Shown here: one piece after another, positions 63,847-64,000 of the stretch
Position numbering within the stretch: position 1 is the first letter of the stretch
How the letters are laid out: every line of letters starts with the position of its first letter
NCBI RefSeq assembly: GCF_009834535.1
Contig: NC_045697.1
Location: 114,764,001-114,828,000 of the forward strand
Direction: 5' to 3'
Length of the DNA stretch: 64,000 nt
Source: Camelus ferus
Lineage: Eukaryota
Position numbers and translations under genes: made by a program
Notes under the pieces: generated by a model
The model's database searches: none
What the model was told of the DNA's origin: nothing
What the model saw: the letters and a program-made list of their open reading frames with translations, nothing else

Positions 63847-63906
63847 AAACCATAGCAGTGTATTTAATTACATTCTAAACCATAGCAGTGTATTTAATTA
63901 CATTCT
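63847..63906 (+). repeat. Perfect 30-bp tandem duplication
   Basis: aaaccatagcagtgtatttaattacattct x2. Confidence 0.95.
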
Positions 63907-64000
63907 ATTCAGGAGCATAATGCATTAGGTTTGCCAAATTTTACACCTTAACAAAGGGTTTTCAAATCCATTATGTTTTATAGAATAGCATAATGTTTCA

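Noticed and set aside
1..64000. A novel multi-gene system or intact domesticated ERV gene (gag/env)
   Set aside because: No long intact ORF; all retroviral frames seen carry multiple stops and frameshifts.

Overview
AT-rich, repeat-dense mammalian genomic DNA with no intact protein-coding gene that I can identify. Seven copies of a tRNA-Ala(AGC)-derived SINE resembling the camelid vic-1 type suggest a camel/alpaca/llama genome (inference). Most of the window is transposable element debris: young and old L1 fragments, L2, MIR, hAT/Tigger MITEs, at least seven solo LTRs (most with readable 4-bp TSDs), a two-LTR pol/env-less class I provirus (19408-25885) and two ancient ERVL-type elements. The main non-TE signal is a heavily eroded olfactory-receptor (OR) pseudogene on the minus strand (~29143-29960), recognised by eye from collinear motifs across frameshifts. 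A weaker OR-like relic lies at ~686-1130. EBF(O/E)+homeodomain motif clusters followed by splice donors look like OR-type promoters/first exons, so this may be the decayed edge of an OR cluster. Unexplained items are a duplicated ~90-bp exon-like module (6.2 and 8.3 kb), a GC-rich ~0.8-kb insert (48.2-48.9 kb) and a CpG-retaining hairpin (28.05 kb). I found no convincing evidence of a new multi-gene system. Repeat family names come from remembered consensus resemblance, not database searches, and the ends of old repeats are approximate.
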